Of a stretch of DNA of 35,832 nt, positions 35,829 to 35,832 are shown in pieces (position 1 is the first letter of the stretch; each line of letters begins with the position of its first letter). The DNA comes from Escherichia phage vB_EcoM_APEC. The stretch is from sequence record MT664721, one strand, 5' to 3'. Under the pieces are notes generated by a model. It made no database searches. It was not told the DNA's origin and worked only from the letters and a program-made list of their open reading frames with translations. Both the position numbers and the translations under genes were made by a program.

Positions 35829-35832
35829 TGAT
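35825..35832 (+). CDS. first 8 nt of a gene running off the window end (probably the GNAT gene that continues at position 2)
   Basis: ATGATGAT with GGTGA 7 nt upstream, overlapping the gp12-like stop; frame matches the open frame at the window start. Confidence 0.4.

Noticed and set aside
1-35832. Integrase, excisionase, CI-type divergent repressor, or T7-like RNA/DNA polymerase
   Set aside because: No ORF showed the corresponding motifs or size; absence is by inspection only and should be confirmed by HMM search.

Overview
The window reads as a near-complete, probably circularly closed, ~35.8 kb genome of a tailed phage with a T7-like (podovirus) structural module but no phage RNA polymerase or DNA polymerase. 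All calls are from reading the sequence and the ORF track by eye; no database search or folding was run. The plus strand carries, in order: internal virion proteins (one with a lytic transglycosylase motif), terminase large subunit, a tail fiber/tailspike, two membrane proteins and a GH19-like endolysin, then (after a minus-strand block) an early region with an O-like replication initiator containing iterons, a DnaB-like helicase, dCMP-deaminase-like and MazG-like proteins, and finally portal, scaffold, capsid and tail tubular proteins A and B. The minus strand (14.1-17.0 kb) carries an ERF annealing protein, a YqaJ-like exonuclease and six small ORFs, converging on the lysis genes. Transcription signals look host sigma70-like, with several intrinsic terminators. 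No integrase, tRNA or CRISPR array was recognised. The items most worth follow-up are a GNAT acetyltransferase in the gp13 slot that spans the window junction in frame, a 435 bp non-coding island before the structural module, a palindrome-centred divergent promoter region, and the minus-strand block of small unknown ORFs.
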